In this document: piece after piece, positions 7,638-16,927 of the stretch | Numbering within the stretch: position 1 is the first letter of the stretch | How the letters are laid out: the number at the start of each line of letters is the position of its first letter | From: SAR324 cluster bacterium | GTDB lineage: Bacteria; SAR324; NAC60-12 | DNA length: 64,000 bases | Reading direction: 5' to 3' | NCBI GenBank assembly: GCA_015232315.1 | Contig: JADFZZ010000027.1 | Span: forward strand, 482 to 64,481 | Notes under the pieces: generated by a model | Seen by the model: the letters and a program-made list of their open reading frames with translations, nothing else | Told to the model about the DNA's origin: nothing | The model's database searches: none | Made by a program: the position numbers and the translations under genes

Positions 7638-10379
7638 ATGAACAAGTGTCTGAAAATAGACAGGGAAAGCGAACTGCCGTGGATTCAGGAATATCTGGAT
7701 ATCATGCCTACAATTCTCGTTGTGTTGAATCGTGATGGCTCAATTCATCTGATCAACAGGGTCGGCTGTCAAATGCTGGGTTATACCGCGCAAGAACTGA
7801 TTCATCAGAACTGGTTTGAACTGTTTGTTCCGGAAGCCTTCATGGAAGGCGTCCAACAAACTTTCGCCAGTTTGATGGCGGGGAATGTTGAACCAGTCCG
7901 CTATTATGAAAATGGAATCCGGACCAAACAGGGCAACGAGGTGATCGTTGGCTGGCATAATGACGTTTTAAGAGATCACCAGGGCAATATCACTGGTCTG
8001 ATCAGTGTTGGTGAAGACATCACGCTACGCAAGCAGGCAGAATCTCAACTGCTTGAAACCAGGAAAAATCTGGCTGAAGTTCAGACTCTGGCAGGGATGG
8101 GAGCATGGGAATTTATCCCAAGCACCAGGGAATTCAAAGGATCTGATGAGTGGTGGAAACTCCATTATCTGGATAAAGACACACTGTCCGTGGAAACTAT
8201 CATGTCTATGATGCATCCTGAGGACAAAGCCTCTGTGATTCCACGGATAAATGACTTTCTAGGTTCTGAAGGCGACACCATCAATATTGTGTTCAGACAT
8301 ATTCGTGGCGATGGACAAACAATCTGGTTGAGGCTTAAAGGCAAAACAATAAGAGACGAAAATCAGAAAATCATCAAAAAAACCGGCTTTGCTCAGGACA
8401 TCACTGAACAGCGAAAGGCTCAGGAACAACTGATATCGTTTTTAGAAAATTCTCCGGACGCGATGATCCTGACCAATCATCTCCATGAAATCATGATGTT
8501 CAATCGTGCCGCGGAACAATTGTTTGGTTACAAACGGAATGAACTGCAAGGTCTGAGTTATGAAACCATCATTTCTCATGAACTTCAGATTGAGCAACTG
8601 GAAGCCATGAGTCCATCAGAGTCCATCCTGTCTGACATATTGTTCCATTCAAAAGATAACAGTTATGAACTCACCGGCATCCGCAAGGACAAAACACGAT
8701 TTCTTGCTGAAATAACCATCAATTCTTTCGGTACTGCTGAAAACCGTTCGACGGTGTTGGTTGTACGGGATATCGGGCCCTATCATGAATTGGAACAGGC
8801 CGTGCTGGAAAATCGCAAGAAATTTGAAAGTATTTTTGATAATGTCGCTGAAGCGATCATCGTGTTTGATTTGAAGAGCCTGCAAATTGAAGACATGAAT
8901 CAGGCCGCCTTGCAATTATTCCAGATTGCCCCGCTTGAAGACCTGAATCATGCTGCCTTGGGGTTATTCCATGTTTATCAGTTTCCCCGTTCCAGTTCCC
9001 GGTCCATCATGGATCTAGTGGCGGAAAAATCGGAAATTCTAAACTTGCAGTTCCACATACAAACAGGGGTCTATCAGCAAGAGCCGATAAAACTGATCAT
9101 GACCAGGAATAATAAAACCAATTTTATGGTTTCGTTTAAACCGTCTGTCATCAGGATCAGGGGAGTGATAAAAGTGGTTGCCATGATCACCGATCTGACC
9201 CAGGTTATGCAGGAAGAGGCCAACCGTCGCAAAAAAGAAGAACTCGCCAGGCAGATGCAGAAACAGGAAACCCTCGGGTTGCTTTCCAGTGGTATCGCGC
9301 ATGATTTCAACAATGTGCTGATGGGCATCCTCGGCTATTCGGAACTCCTGTCCGGCATGATTAAGGAAGGCACTCCGGAGTTTTCATTTCTGGAGGAAAT
9401 TCAAAAGGCCGGCCTGCGAGCCGCGGATCTGGTGAGTCAGATTCTGAATTACAGTCGCAGTGATGATGTGGATATAACCGCGATGGATCCCTTGCCGATT
9501 TTCAAGGAATCCACAAAAATGATGATGGCCACGTTTTCCAAAAATATAAAAATTGAGATCCGGCATGACAGTCCTGTGTCCATGATCAGGAGCAATCCGA
9601 CTCAGTTGCAGCAGATTCTGATAAACCTTTGTACCAATGCCGCACACGCCATGGAACAAACAGGCGGGATCCTGCGAATTGAACTGCAAGAACGCCATTG
9701 CACCAGGCAAACGACCCCGGCTCTTCCGGAAAATGGCAATTATCTGGTTCTCAAAGTGCAGGATACAGGATGCGGTATCCCGCCTGATGTGATGAAAAAT
9801 ATTTTTGATCCCTTCTTTACAACCAAGCCCCAGGGCAAAGGAACGGGACTTGGCCTTTCGATTGTGCAGAAGATTGTCATGAGGCAGAACGGACTGCTTG
9901 AAGTGGAAAGCGAAGTTGGCAAGGGAACACGGTTCACTGTGTTTTTTAGAACCGCTCTTCCGGAAACCGTTTCAACAGTCACTGATGAATTTGTTGATAT
10001 TTCCGGAAAAGAAAAAATTCTGTTAGTGGATGACGAAATCACTATTATTCAATCGTTGAAGGAGGGCTTGAGCAAGAAAGGCTATGAGGTCATTACGGTT
10101 GACAGCAGTGTTGAGGCCATCACACTGTTTGAAAAAAGTCCGTACAGTTTCGATGCGCTTATCACTGATTTTGACATGCCGGTATTGAATGGCCTGGAGT
10201 TAAGTCGGAAAATCAAAAGAATCCGCCAGGATATCCCGATCCTGATGATGTCTGGACTGGCGGATACCATGGACATGGAGGAGGTTCAGGCTGCGGGTAT
10301 CTCGCTGAAACTGTCTAAACCGATCAGCTTTAAAATTCTGTTCGCCAAACTTCGCCAGTTGCTGGATCAGGTATCTTGA
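7638..10379 (+). CDS. Multi-PAS hybrid sensor histidine kinase with C-terminal receiver domain
   Basis: Several PAS-like blocks; an H-box 'SSGIAHDFNNVLMGILGYSELL'; HATPase motifs (DTGCGIP…GTGLGLSIV); a C-terminal REC domain (ILLVDDE…D…K). The ATG at 7638 has a GAAGGAAA Shine-Dalgarno; an upstream ATG at 7587 has none. Confidence 0.85.
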   Translation: MNKCLKIDRESELPWIQEYLDIMPTILVVLNRDGSIHLINRVGCQMLGYTAQELIHQNWFELFVPEAFMEGVQQTFASLMAGNVEPVRYYENGIRTKQGNEVIVGWHNDVLRDHQGNITGLISVGEDITLRKQAESQLLETRKNLAEVQTLAGMGAWEFIPSTREFKGSDEWWKLHYLDKDTLSVETIMSMMHPEDKASVIPRINDFLGSEGDTINIVFRHIRGDGQTIWLRLKGKTIRDENQKIIKKTGFAQDITEQRKAQEQLISFLENSPDAMILTNHLHEIMMFNRAAEQLFGYKRNELQGLSYETIISHELQIEQLEAMSPSESILSDILFHSKDNSYELTGIRKDKTRFLAEITINSFGTAENRSTVLVVRDIGPYHELEQAVLENRKKFESIFDNVAEAIIVFDLKSLQIEDMNQAALQLFQIAPLEDLNHAALGLFHVYQFPRSSSRSIMDLVAEKSEILNLQFHIQTGVYQQEPIKLIMTRNNKTNFMVSFKPSVIRIRGVIKVVAMITDLTQVMQEEANRRKKEELARQMQKQETLGLLSSGIAHDFNNVLMGILGYSELLSGMIKEGTPEFSFLEEIQKAGLRAADLVSQILNYSRSDDVDITAMDPLPIFKESTKMMMATFSKNIKIEIRHDSPVSMIRSNPTQLQQILINLCTNAAHAMEQTGGILRIELQERHCTRQTTPALPENGNYLVLKVQDTGCGIPPDVMKNIFDPFFTTKPQGKGTGLGLSIVQKIVMRQNGLLEVESEVGKGTRFTVFFRTALPETVSTVTDEFVDISGKEKILLVDDEITIIQSLKEGLSKKGYEVITVDSSVEAITLFEKSPYSFDALITDFDMPVLNGLELSRKIKRIRQDIPILMMSGLADTMDMEEVQAAGISLKLSKPISFKILFAKLRQLLDQVS

Positions 10380-10403
10380 GGATGGGGTTGCCGGGTTTGG
10401 TCT

Positions 10404-10557
10404 CAATATGTCATCAACTTAAGTATCCAAAATGGTATTGCGAATCAATTCCCCCTTGGTTTAAGGGAGTAAGGGGGATGTAATTCTGAGGGTTAAATCC
10501 CCCAACCCCCTTTGAAAAGGGGGATTTTCTCACAGGTAAGTCCTGATATTGAACCTG
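10404..10557 (+). mobile_element. Decayed copy of the family-A MITE (left TIR intact, right end degenerate)
   Basis: Aligns with 12091-12246 from CAATaTGTCATCAACTTAAG through '…AAAGGGGGATT', then diverges; no target-site duplication is recognisable. Confidence 0.5.
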
Positions 10558-10562
10558 ATCCC

Positions 10563-10584
10563 GGGCAGACACACAGGTCTGCCC
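10563..10584. terminator. 8-bp GC-rich hairpin between convergent genes (candidate bidirectional terminator)
   Basis: GGGCAGACacacagGTCTGCCC. Confidence 0.3.
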
Positions 10585-10646
10585 CTACAGCACAAAACCC
10601 TGATCGGGAAACAAATCCAGGACAGGGTTATAGCCAAAAAGAAACA

Positions 10647-11906
10647 TCATCTGTTTTTTTGTGATTCACAGCATTGAAGATGGTAGGCCACAGCATTGTC
10701 CTGCGGGCACTCCCTCAGCAAACTCCGGAAAATCGCGATGGCGTTATCCCATTCCTGACGATGAGTCGCTTCTATGCCTTTCCGCATGAGTTGTTTTGAT
10801 TTCAATTTGTAGTCCCTGATTTCAGGAGGATCCGGGTTGAATATTTCATAAACCCAGATCGGTGCCTTTTTCCCTTTGACACAAACCCAGTCGAGTTCCC
10901 TGAACAAAAAAGAGGGCTCACTACGGATCTCCTCAATGACCGGTTCACTCACCACCAGAGAGACTCCATAAATTTTAGTCAAACCTTCCAGCCGGGCGGC
11001 AATATTGACGGTGTCGCCGATAACGGTCGAATCCATACGGTCCTTGGAACCTACCGTTCCGACAATGACAGGCCCGCGGTGCACACCAATCCCGATCCTG
11101 ATGGGGACATAGCCCGATTGTTTGCGGTGAATGTTGTAAGTTTCGAGAACCCTGAACATATCCAGCGCAGACTGAACCGCTCTGAAAACCTCACTTGCGG
11201 GCGATCCGGAATCCCGTTCAAAGACGGCCATCACCGCATCGCCGATAAACTTGTCAATGAATCCCCGTTGTTCATGGATCGGCACATTCATACGACGAAA
11301 ATAGGCATTGAGAAAATTCAGCAGTTCCTGCGGGCTTATTGTTTCAGCAAAGGGCGTGAACGAACGGATATCCGCAAACAGAATACTCATCACATCCATT
11401 TCCGCATGTCCAACCTCAATGTTTTCCATGCCATCTCTGGCAATGCGTCCCAGAAATTGTCTGGGAACAAACTTTTTGAAGGTTTCAACCTGCTTTTGCA
11501 AGGTGCGATGCATGTTGTATTGTTTCAAGCCTTTTTCCACGGTTAAAACCAGATCCTGCTGATCCCACGGTTTGCTCAGATACCGGAACAGGTCGGCGTT
11601 GTTGATGGCATTGACTGCTGATTCCAGAGCGGCCTGGCCGGTGAGCAGGATTTTAACGGCGTCAGGATGGGATTGGTGAAGATCGACCAACAACTGATCT
11701 CCGGAAATACCCGGCATGATCTGATCCGAAATCACCATGGCCAAATGATCCTCCGGACGCAGATCCGCCACGATTTCCAGTGCTTCTTCAGCACTTTCCG
11801 CAAATTCAAACACATAGCCTGAAATTTTTTTGCGTAGCTGGCTGTCCAGTGAGTTGAGAACCATCTGTTCATCATCCACACACAGAATTATCGCATTCTT
11901 GTTCAT
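10647..11906 (-). CDS. Response-regulator receiver fused to a class III adenylate/guanylate cyclase, with a C-terminal helical (TPR-like) tail
   Basis: N-terminal REC domain (ILCVDDEQMVL…D…K); cyclase-homology motifs (FADIRSFT…GDAVMAVF…GIGVHRGPVIVGTVGS…). Confidence 0.85.
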   Translation of the reverse strand: MNKNAIILCVDDEQMVLNSLDSQLRKKISGYVFEFAESAEEALEIVADLRPEDHLAMVISDQIMPGISGDQLLVDLHQSHPDAVKILLTGQAALESAVNAINNADLFRYLSKPWDQQDLVLTVEKGLKQYNMHRTLQKQVETFKKFVPRQFLGRIARDGMENIEVGHAEMDVMSILFADIRSFTPFAETISPQELLNFLNAYFRRMNVPIHEQRGFIDKFIGDAVMAVFERDSGSPASEVFRAVQSALDMFRVLETYNIHRKQSGYVPIRIGIGVHRGPVIVGTVGSKDRMDSTVIGDTVNIAARLEGLTKIYGVSLVVSEPVIEEIRSEPSFLFRELDWVCVKGKKAPIWVYEIFNPDPPEIRDYKLKSKQLMRKGIEATHRQEWDNAIAIFRSLLRECPQDNAVAYHLQCCESQKNR

Positions 11907-12066
11907 GTTCGCATCACTCTTCGCAAGTTTGAGGGATTGTGGGAAAGGTTCTTGTTGTCTATGACGTTTTAAGACAAATTCGTAAAGATCTTTTTACCTC
12001 AAGAGTTGTAAGTTTTCAGTTATCAGCCTTCAGCTTTTAGTAAGTTATTGAAATTTGAAGTTTTCT

Positions 12067-12308
12067 GCTCGTGCCCTACGTCCCGTGGGGCCAATGTCAT
12101 CAACTTAAGCATTCTGAATGGTGCTGTGTTTCAATTCCCCCTTGGTTTAAGGGGGATAGGGGGATGTAATTCTGAGTGTTAAATCCCCCATGCCCCCTTT
12201 GTAAAGGGGGATTATCCAGCGAAGAATTTCTAAGTTGACGACATTGCCCGTGGGGCACGTTATCCACCAGGCGAAGCTCTGCTTCGCACCCACCGGAGGT
12301 GGGTCATG
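12067..12308 (+). repeat. Family-B repeat (~77 bp), interrupted by the MITE insertion; intact paralog at 46201-46276 on the opposite strand
   Basis: After removing 12091-12255, the segment 'gctcgtgccctacgtcccgtggggcacgttatccaccaggcgaagctctgcttcgcacccaccggaggtgggtcatg' is ~90% identical to the reverse complement of 46201-46276. It contains the palindrome GCGAAGCTCTGCTTCGC. Confidence 0.55.
12091..12246 (+). mobile_element. Full-length family-A MITE (156 bp) with 18-19-bp terminal inverted repeats and a 9-bp target-site duplication
   Basis: TIRs CAATGTCATCAACTTAAG / CTTAAGTTGACGACATTG. The direct repeat CCCGTGGGG sits at 12082-12090 and 12247-12255. The internal 'CCCCCTTGG…AAGGGGG' palindromic modules are present. 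An uninterrupted paralogous site exists at 46.2 kb. Confidence 0.7.
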
Positions 12309-12518
12309 GAACGGTTACGAACGGGATGTTCGTAACCAGAAGTATTCCCTGTTATTTTTTGAATGTTCCTAAGGGGATGGCGATTGAATACTGACGAGAT
12401 GCCTGGACTCACTGAGTTTAATGCCACAAGCACGACAAACGATAATATCTTTTTCTGCTTTGGCAGGATCCCCAAGCCGGGTTTCCTGCTGATTCTGCAC
12501 AAAACAGAACATGGGATA

Positions 12519-12908
12519 TTATTTTTTGATTTTTGACATGATGTCCTGAATTTTTTCTTCAAGCGTGGCAGGACTGAAGGGTTTGACGATGTAGCCATTT
12601 ACTTTGTGTTTCGCCGCGGCGACAATGTTTTCCTTTACAGCTTCTGCCGTGACCATCAACACCGGGATATCCTGCATTTTGGGGTCAGCCCGGATTGCCT
12701 TGAGCAAATCAAGTCCACTCATCTGCGGCATATTCCAATCCGCGACCACAAGGTCAAAATTGGCAGTCTGCATTTTCCCCCAGGCCTCACGGCCATTGGC
12801 CGCGGTCGTGATGTGTGAATATTTGAGTTTGAACAACATGCTTGCAATAAGTTTCCGCATATTCTCAATGTCATCCACCACCAGAATATTGATATCTTTG
12901 TCGGACAC
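12519..12908 (-). CDS. Single-domain CheY-like response regulator
   Basis: 129-aa REC domain (ILVVDD…DLVVADWNMP…MVTA…K). GTG start with a GGAGG Shine-Dalgarno 5 nt upstream. Confidence 0.85.
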   Translation of the reverse strand: MSDKDINILVVDDIENMRKLIASMLFKLKYSHITTAANGREAWGKMQTANFDLVVADWNMPQMSGLDLLKAIRADPKMQDIPVLMVTAEAVKENIVAAAKHKVNGYIVKPFSPATLEEKIQDIMSKIKK

Positions 12909-13002
12909 GTTTCCTCCAGATTATGATTAGTTGGTGATCTACAATTTTTCAGATTTCTGAATTCAATTTTCTCTTGTTGCTTCGATCATGATGAGCAGGA
13001 TT

Positions 13003-13566
13003 TCATTCGCTTAACAACTGTTCATCATCGCTCTGGATATTTTCCTGGGTCATCAGCATCCGGATGAGTTTGAGTCCCAGCGCATAAACCGCGGGTTGCC
13101 TGGCATCAAATTCATGGAACGTATTGCCATTGACCAGCCGTGTTTTAACAGGGGCCCCAAACCGGGATTCCTGTAGCAACTCCCTGGCTCCTACGACAAA
13201 AAACTGATTGCTGTAGTCATAGGCGTCAGTGCCCGCGCCATAGGCCATGCTTTTTGATTTTGTCACGACATCCGCGCCGACAATCAGCAGATAATGCTTG
13301 TGCGATTGTTGGGTGACCACTTCAATCTGGCAGGCAAGCGTCCATTCCGATTTTGGTAAAATCCGTCGAATCTGTTTTTGTTCTTCCACATGATTCAGCA
13401 CCAGGCTGATGAGTTTTGACATTTTTTGATAATCGGCCCCCATCTGTTTCTGGACAACGACCACCCAATGTTTGTATTCTTTTGTGGAGGGCGCCAGCCA
13501 AGGCGAATCAATGTTGTCTGAGCCCAGATATTTCACACGAAATTTAATACTTTGTTTTGTAGCCAT
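13003..13566 (-). CDS. Hypothetical protein (187 aa), last gene of the rec/RsbW-like → BamD-like → TPR-lipoprotein operon
   Basis: ATG start 3 nt after the upstream gene's stop; I recognise no family. Confidence 0.45.
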   Translation of the reverse strand: MATKQSIKFRVKYLGSDNIDSPWLAPSTKEYKHWVVVVQKQMGADYQKMSKLISLVLNHVEEQKQIRRILPKSEWTLACQIEVVTQQSHKHYLLIVGADVVTKSKSMAYGAGTDAYDYSNQFFVVGARELLQESRFGAPVKTRLVNGNTFHEFDARQPAVYALGLKLIRMLMTQENIQSDDEQLLSE

Positions 13567-13569
13567 AAG

Positions 13570-14712
13570 CTATTGCCGTTCAAGTCGTTGAAGATCTTTT
13601 TCAGCGTTATTGCCAGCAGCGGAATCGGGGAATCGTTCCAGGAGTTGTTTATAATAATAGCGGGCTTTTTCGGGTTTCCCTTGTTGTTCGGCAATTTGGC
13701 CCAGCATATAAATCGCGTCAGGTGTTTTATAACCCTGCGATGTGGGACGGTGTTCATATTGTCGGAGAATTTCCCTGAAAGCTTTTTCTGCGGCCTCCAG
13801 TTTTTCCAGTTTGAACCAGGCGTGTCCAATCCAGTACCAGGCGTTGTCACTATCCAGATCATCAGGAAACTGACTGGTGAAATTCTGAAACACCTCAATC
13901 GCCTTGTCGTAATCGCGTTGTATGATGGATGCCATGCCTTGATTATACAACCGCTTCACGCCATTGACGCGTTTCAGTTCCCGCGGCGATTCCGGTTCGT
14001 TGAGATCAGGGTCCTCGAACGGTTCCTGTTTGGATTCAGGCGCCATGGACATGGAATCATTCAAGGGTTTTGCCAGGATGACAGGCGGTGGAATCTCTTC
14101 TGCCGGACGTGTTTTATCGACCACTTCTTTTTTAGGCGGAGGCGGCATGGGTTTGACCAAATCGCCATTCGACACGTTGCCTGCGTTTTGTTTCTGTGCG
14201 TTTTGGACCGCCATTTCCTTTCGTTTTTCAGGAAACAACGAATATTCCACGACCGCTGGTCCCTCAGAAGGCGGTGCGGGTTGAACAGGGGCTGATTGTT
14301 TCCGCGTTGCTGAGGATTCCATCGTGCTGTTGATTTCCTGAAGCTCTTTTTTCAGCGAATCCACGTTTTTTTCCAGTTTTTGAAGCTGGTCTTCCATGGC
14401 TTTTTCCAGAAGCGAAAACGTGGTTTCCCATTGTTTGCGATGATCATCCAGCGTTTGCTGCTGTTCCATCTGTCTTGCCGTTTGTTCAGCGAGTTGCTGG
14501 TCTACCTGCTGAACATCATCCCGCAACTGAACATAGTCCACCTGCAATTGTTCCAGCATTTCCTGGTAATGCTTCAAGGCGGTTTCTTCAGGCGTAGGGG
14601 TTGGTGCGGTTTGTTCTGCTTTTTGAGCTTCGGGTATGAATGACGAGCACGATGACAGAAGCATCATGCTGATGAAAACCCGGATTATCAGCCTTCTGTA
14701 AACATGAACCAT
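13570..14712 (-). CDS. Tol-Pal-associated YbgF/CpoB-like protein: lipoprotein signal, long coiled coil, proline-rich linker, C-terminal TPR repeats
   Basis: 'MMLLSSCSS' lipobox-like start, heptad-rich QQ/EE region, PPPP linker, and C-terminal TPR motifs (WYWIGHAWFKLEKLEAAEKAF…YMLGQIAEQQGKPEKARYYYKQLLERFP). Confidence 0.6.
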   Translation of the reverse strand: MVHVYRRLIIRVFISMMLLSSCSSFIPEAQKAEQTAPTPTPEETALKHYQEMLEQLQVDYVQLRDDVQQVDQQLAEQTARQMEQQQTLDDHRKQWETTFSLLEKAMEDQLQKLEKNVDSLKKELQEINSTMESSATRKQSAPVQPAPPSEGPAVVEYSLFPEKRKEMAVQNAQKQNAGNVSNGDLVKPMPPPPKKEVVDKTRPAEEIPPPVILAKPLNDSMSMAPESKQEPFEDPDLNEPESPRELKRVNGVKRLYNQGMASIIQRDYDKAIEVFQNFTSQFPDDLDSDNAWYWIGHAWFKLEKLEAAEKAFREILRQYEHRPTSQGYKTPDAIYMLGQIAEQQGKPEKARYYYKQLLERFPDSAAGNNAEKDLQRLERQ

Positions 14713-14713
14713 A

Positions 14714-15466
14714 TTAACTTTGTGTGTGGTTTTCCTGTTTGTGATGCTTGAGAACGTTTTCCATTTCCCGGGCAAGATGGGGTTGCTGGTTTTTATAATA
14801 GGCCTCAATCAGTTTTTGCGCGACTTCATCATACCGGGGATACTCCGGAAAGTACTTAAGCAGATACCGATAACGGTGTATGGCCGAATGGTAAGCTTCA
14901 TTTTTAAAATAGAAATTCCCAACCAGAAACTCATATTCCGCAAGATCAGCTCTGGACTTGAGCAGATACGCATAGACATCTTTCAGATAAATATTGTTGG
15001 GATATAACAAAAAGAACCGCTGATAATCCTGAATCAGCCTTCGATTGGGTTCCATGTCCCTGTCATATTCACGTTCTCTGAAAAAAACGCCTGTAAAGTT
15101 TCGTTGATAATTCAAGGAAATCAACTGATGCAGAACGTAAGGTGTGAGATGACTGTTGGGATTGAGCGTCAGAAACATCCGATAACCGCTTTCGGCCTCA
15201 ATCCAGCGGTTTCTGCGAAAGTTCAAATCACCCATTTTCAAATAAGCCAGGGTTGCCAGTTGTGTCCCGGGATGCTCTTCAGTCACCTTTTTAAATTTGT
15301 CTTCCGCTTCCTGATACAATTCATCGTCAAAAGCCATCATACCCGCCTGGTAGATTTCCAGAGCAGGTGTTCTGACAGATTCCTTGGTGTCGCTACAGGC
15401 GGATAGCAGAAAAATCAGGCTGGTACAGTAGATGAGACGTTTCAATTGTGTGAAATTGATGGTCAT
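14714..15466 (-). CDS. BamD (YfiO)-like outer-membrane-assembly TPR lipoprotein
   Basis: Lipoprotein signal (LIFLLSACS) followed by TPR repeats in the BamD arrangement; start taken at the internal Met (MTINF…). Confidence 0.6.
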   Translation of the reverse strand: MTINFTQLKRLIYCTSLIFLLSACSDTKESVRTPALEIYQAGMMAFDDELYQEAEDKFKKVTEEHPGTQLATLAYLKMGDLNFRRNRWIEAESGYRMFLTLNPNSHLTPYVLHQLISLNYQRNFTGVFFREREYDRDMEPNRRLIQDYQRFFLLYPNNIYLKDVYAYLLKSRADLAEYEFLVGNFYFKNEAYHSAIHRYRYLLKYFPEYPRYDEVAQKLIEAYYKNQQPHLAREMENVLKHHKQENHTQS

Positions 15467-15473
15467 AACAGCT

Positions 15474-16361
15474 TCAACTGGTTCGTTTTTTATAGCGGAC
15501 CATCGTAATTTCGTTGCCACGTTCGTTCCAGAAAACCTCATCCATGAAATTCATGATCAGCAAAATACCACGACCACTGACCTTGAACAAATTTTCAGGA
15601 TCTTTGGGGTCTGGAATGGAAGAATAATCAAAACCACGGCCATCATCCCGAATCACATATTTGACAGAGTTTCTGGTGATTTCAGTATGAATATAAACTT
15701 TGCGGGCCTTGTATTGCTCTTCAACTCTCCGGCGTTCGCCTTCCTGCCGGAATTTTTCGAATTTTTCTTTTTTCAACTCGGAAGAAATTTCAAGGTTTCC
15801 ATGAAACATGGCATTTTCCACGGCTTCTGAAAGAATAATGTTCATGGTGAACAGATCTTCTTCTTCAAGCAGTTGATAGGACGGAAGGTTTCGTGTGATG
15901 AAGGAAACAATCTTGTTGATGTATTCAAAATCATTGCCGATTTCCAGGGTGCGGGATTCGAAAACAGAATTTTCGAGGCAGTAAACACTGAACCGGGAAT
16001 CGTCCATCAAACTTTTAACACGATTGACGCTTTGATTCAGTTCACTGTTTTTGAGAGGTTTGGTTAAAAAATCACAGGCACCAAGATTCAGGCAGGTCAA
16101 AATATTATCGGAATCTCCATGGCGGGAGATAATCACAAAGGGAAGATGCGCATTGAGCCGTTTCAATTCCTTGAGAAGTTCAATTCCCCCCATTTTAGGC
16201 ATGGTCAAGCCGGCATAAACCCCGTCATGATGGCCTTTCTGGTATTTTTCCAGGGCATCGACTCCATCAACAGCCCGTTCGTAAGTATGCTGATTTTCCT
16301 CCAGAAATTTCGCCAGGGTATCCAGCACTTCAACATTGTCATCGGCAATCAGGATATGCAT
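15474..16361 (-). CDS. Receiver domain fused to an RsbW/SpoIIAB-like (HATPase_c_2) serine-kinase domain
   Basis: N-terminal REC (ILIADDNVEVL…D…K); C-terminal 'NIILSEAVENAMFHGN…VIRDDGRGFD' GHKL-type ATPase motifs typical of anti-sigma-factor kinases. Confidence 0.7.
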   Translation of the reverse strand: MHILIADDNVEVLDTLAKFLEENQHTYERAVDGVDALEKYQKGHHDGVYAGLTMPKMGGIELLKELKRLNAHLPFVIISRHGDSDNILTCLNLGACDFLTKPLKNSELNQSVNRVKSLMDDSRFSVYCLENSVFESRTLEIGNDFEYINKIVSFITRNLPSYQLLEEEDLFTMNIILSEAVENAMFHGNLEISSELKKEKFEKFRQEGERRRVEEQYKARKVYIHTEITRNSVKYVIRDDGRGFDYSSIPDPKDPENLFKVSGRGILLIMNFMDEVFWNERGNEITMVRYKKRTS

Positions 16362-16622
16362 GCAACCTCAACATCAACAAATCATCAGAACCACGGAAAT
16401 TTGAGCAAAAAAGCCACTTTGTCAGCTTTATTCAGACAGTAACGAAAAGCATCGGGGAATACAAGATTTTTATCTCAACCTGAAAACAAGAGAATTTTAT
16501 GATTAAAATCAATACATCTCTTGAAATTTGCTACGATTTCATCCTATGTTTCATTCAAACAGGAATTTCTTAATGAAAAGGAGTTCTGTGTCAGATAACA
16601 TCTTTCTTGTCTCAGGATATTT

Positions 16623-16919
16623 ATGAACAAATCTCAATTGATTGAGAAACTCGCAGAAAAAAACAATAACAACCTTCAACTGGCGGATAAAGCGGTCAGG
16701 ATTTTTTTTGACAACATCAAAGAATCCCTGAACTCTGGCGAACGTGTTGAAATCCGTGGGTTCGGTTCGTTCATCCTCAAAAAATACGAAGGTTATGTGG
16801 GCCGAAACCCCAAAACAGGAACCAAAGTTGAGGTGTCTCCCAAAAAACTGCCTGTGTTTCGTACCGGAAAAGACCTGAAGCAACGGGTTAATGAAGTTCG
16901 GGGTCCTATCAAGGATTGA
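16623..16919 (+). CDS. ihfB: Integration host factor beta-like (HU/IHF family) DNA-binding protein
   Basis: 'KSQLIEKLAEK…GERVEIRGFGSF…GRNPKTG' matches the IHF-beta/HU signature. Confidence 0.85.
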   Translation: MNKSQLIEKLAEKNNNNLQLADKAVRIFFDNIKESLNSGERVEIRGFGSFILKKYEGYVGRNPKTGTKVEVSPKKLPVFRTGKDLKQRVNEVRGPIKD

Positions 16920-16927
16920 ACTGATCA

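Noticed and set aside
7279-7641. Small ORFs (7279..7641, 7322..7597, 7171..7572-) and the N-terminal 64 codons of 6305..7393 overlapping the 160-bp repeat
   Set aside because: Their 'conservation' with 51145..51449 ORFs is explained by the nucleotide repeat itself, in inverted orientation and so with different frames.
12260-12598. 112-aa ORF downstream of and overlapping the cheY-like gene
   Set aside because: It overlaps the cheY-like CDS out of frame and runs through the family-B repeat and MITE flank; no start context.
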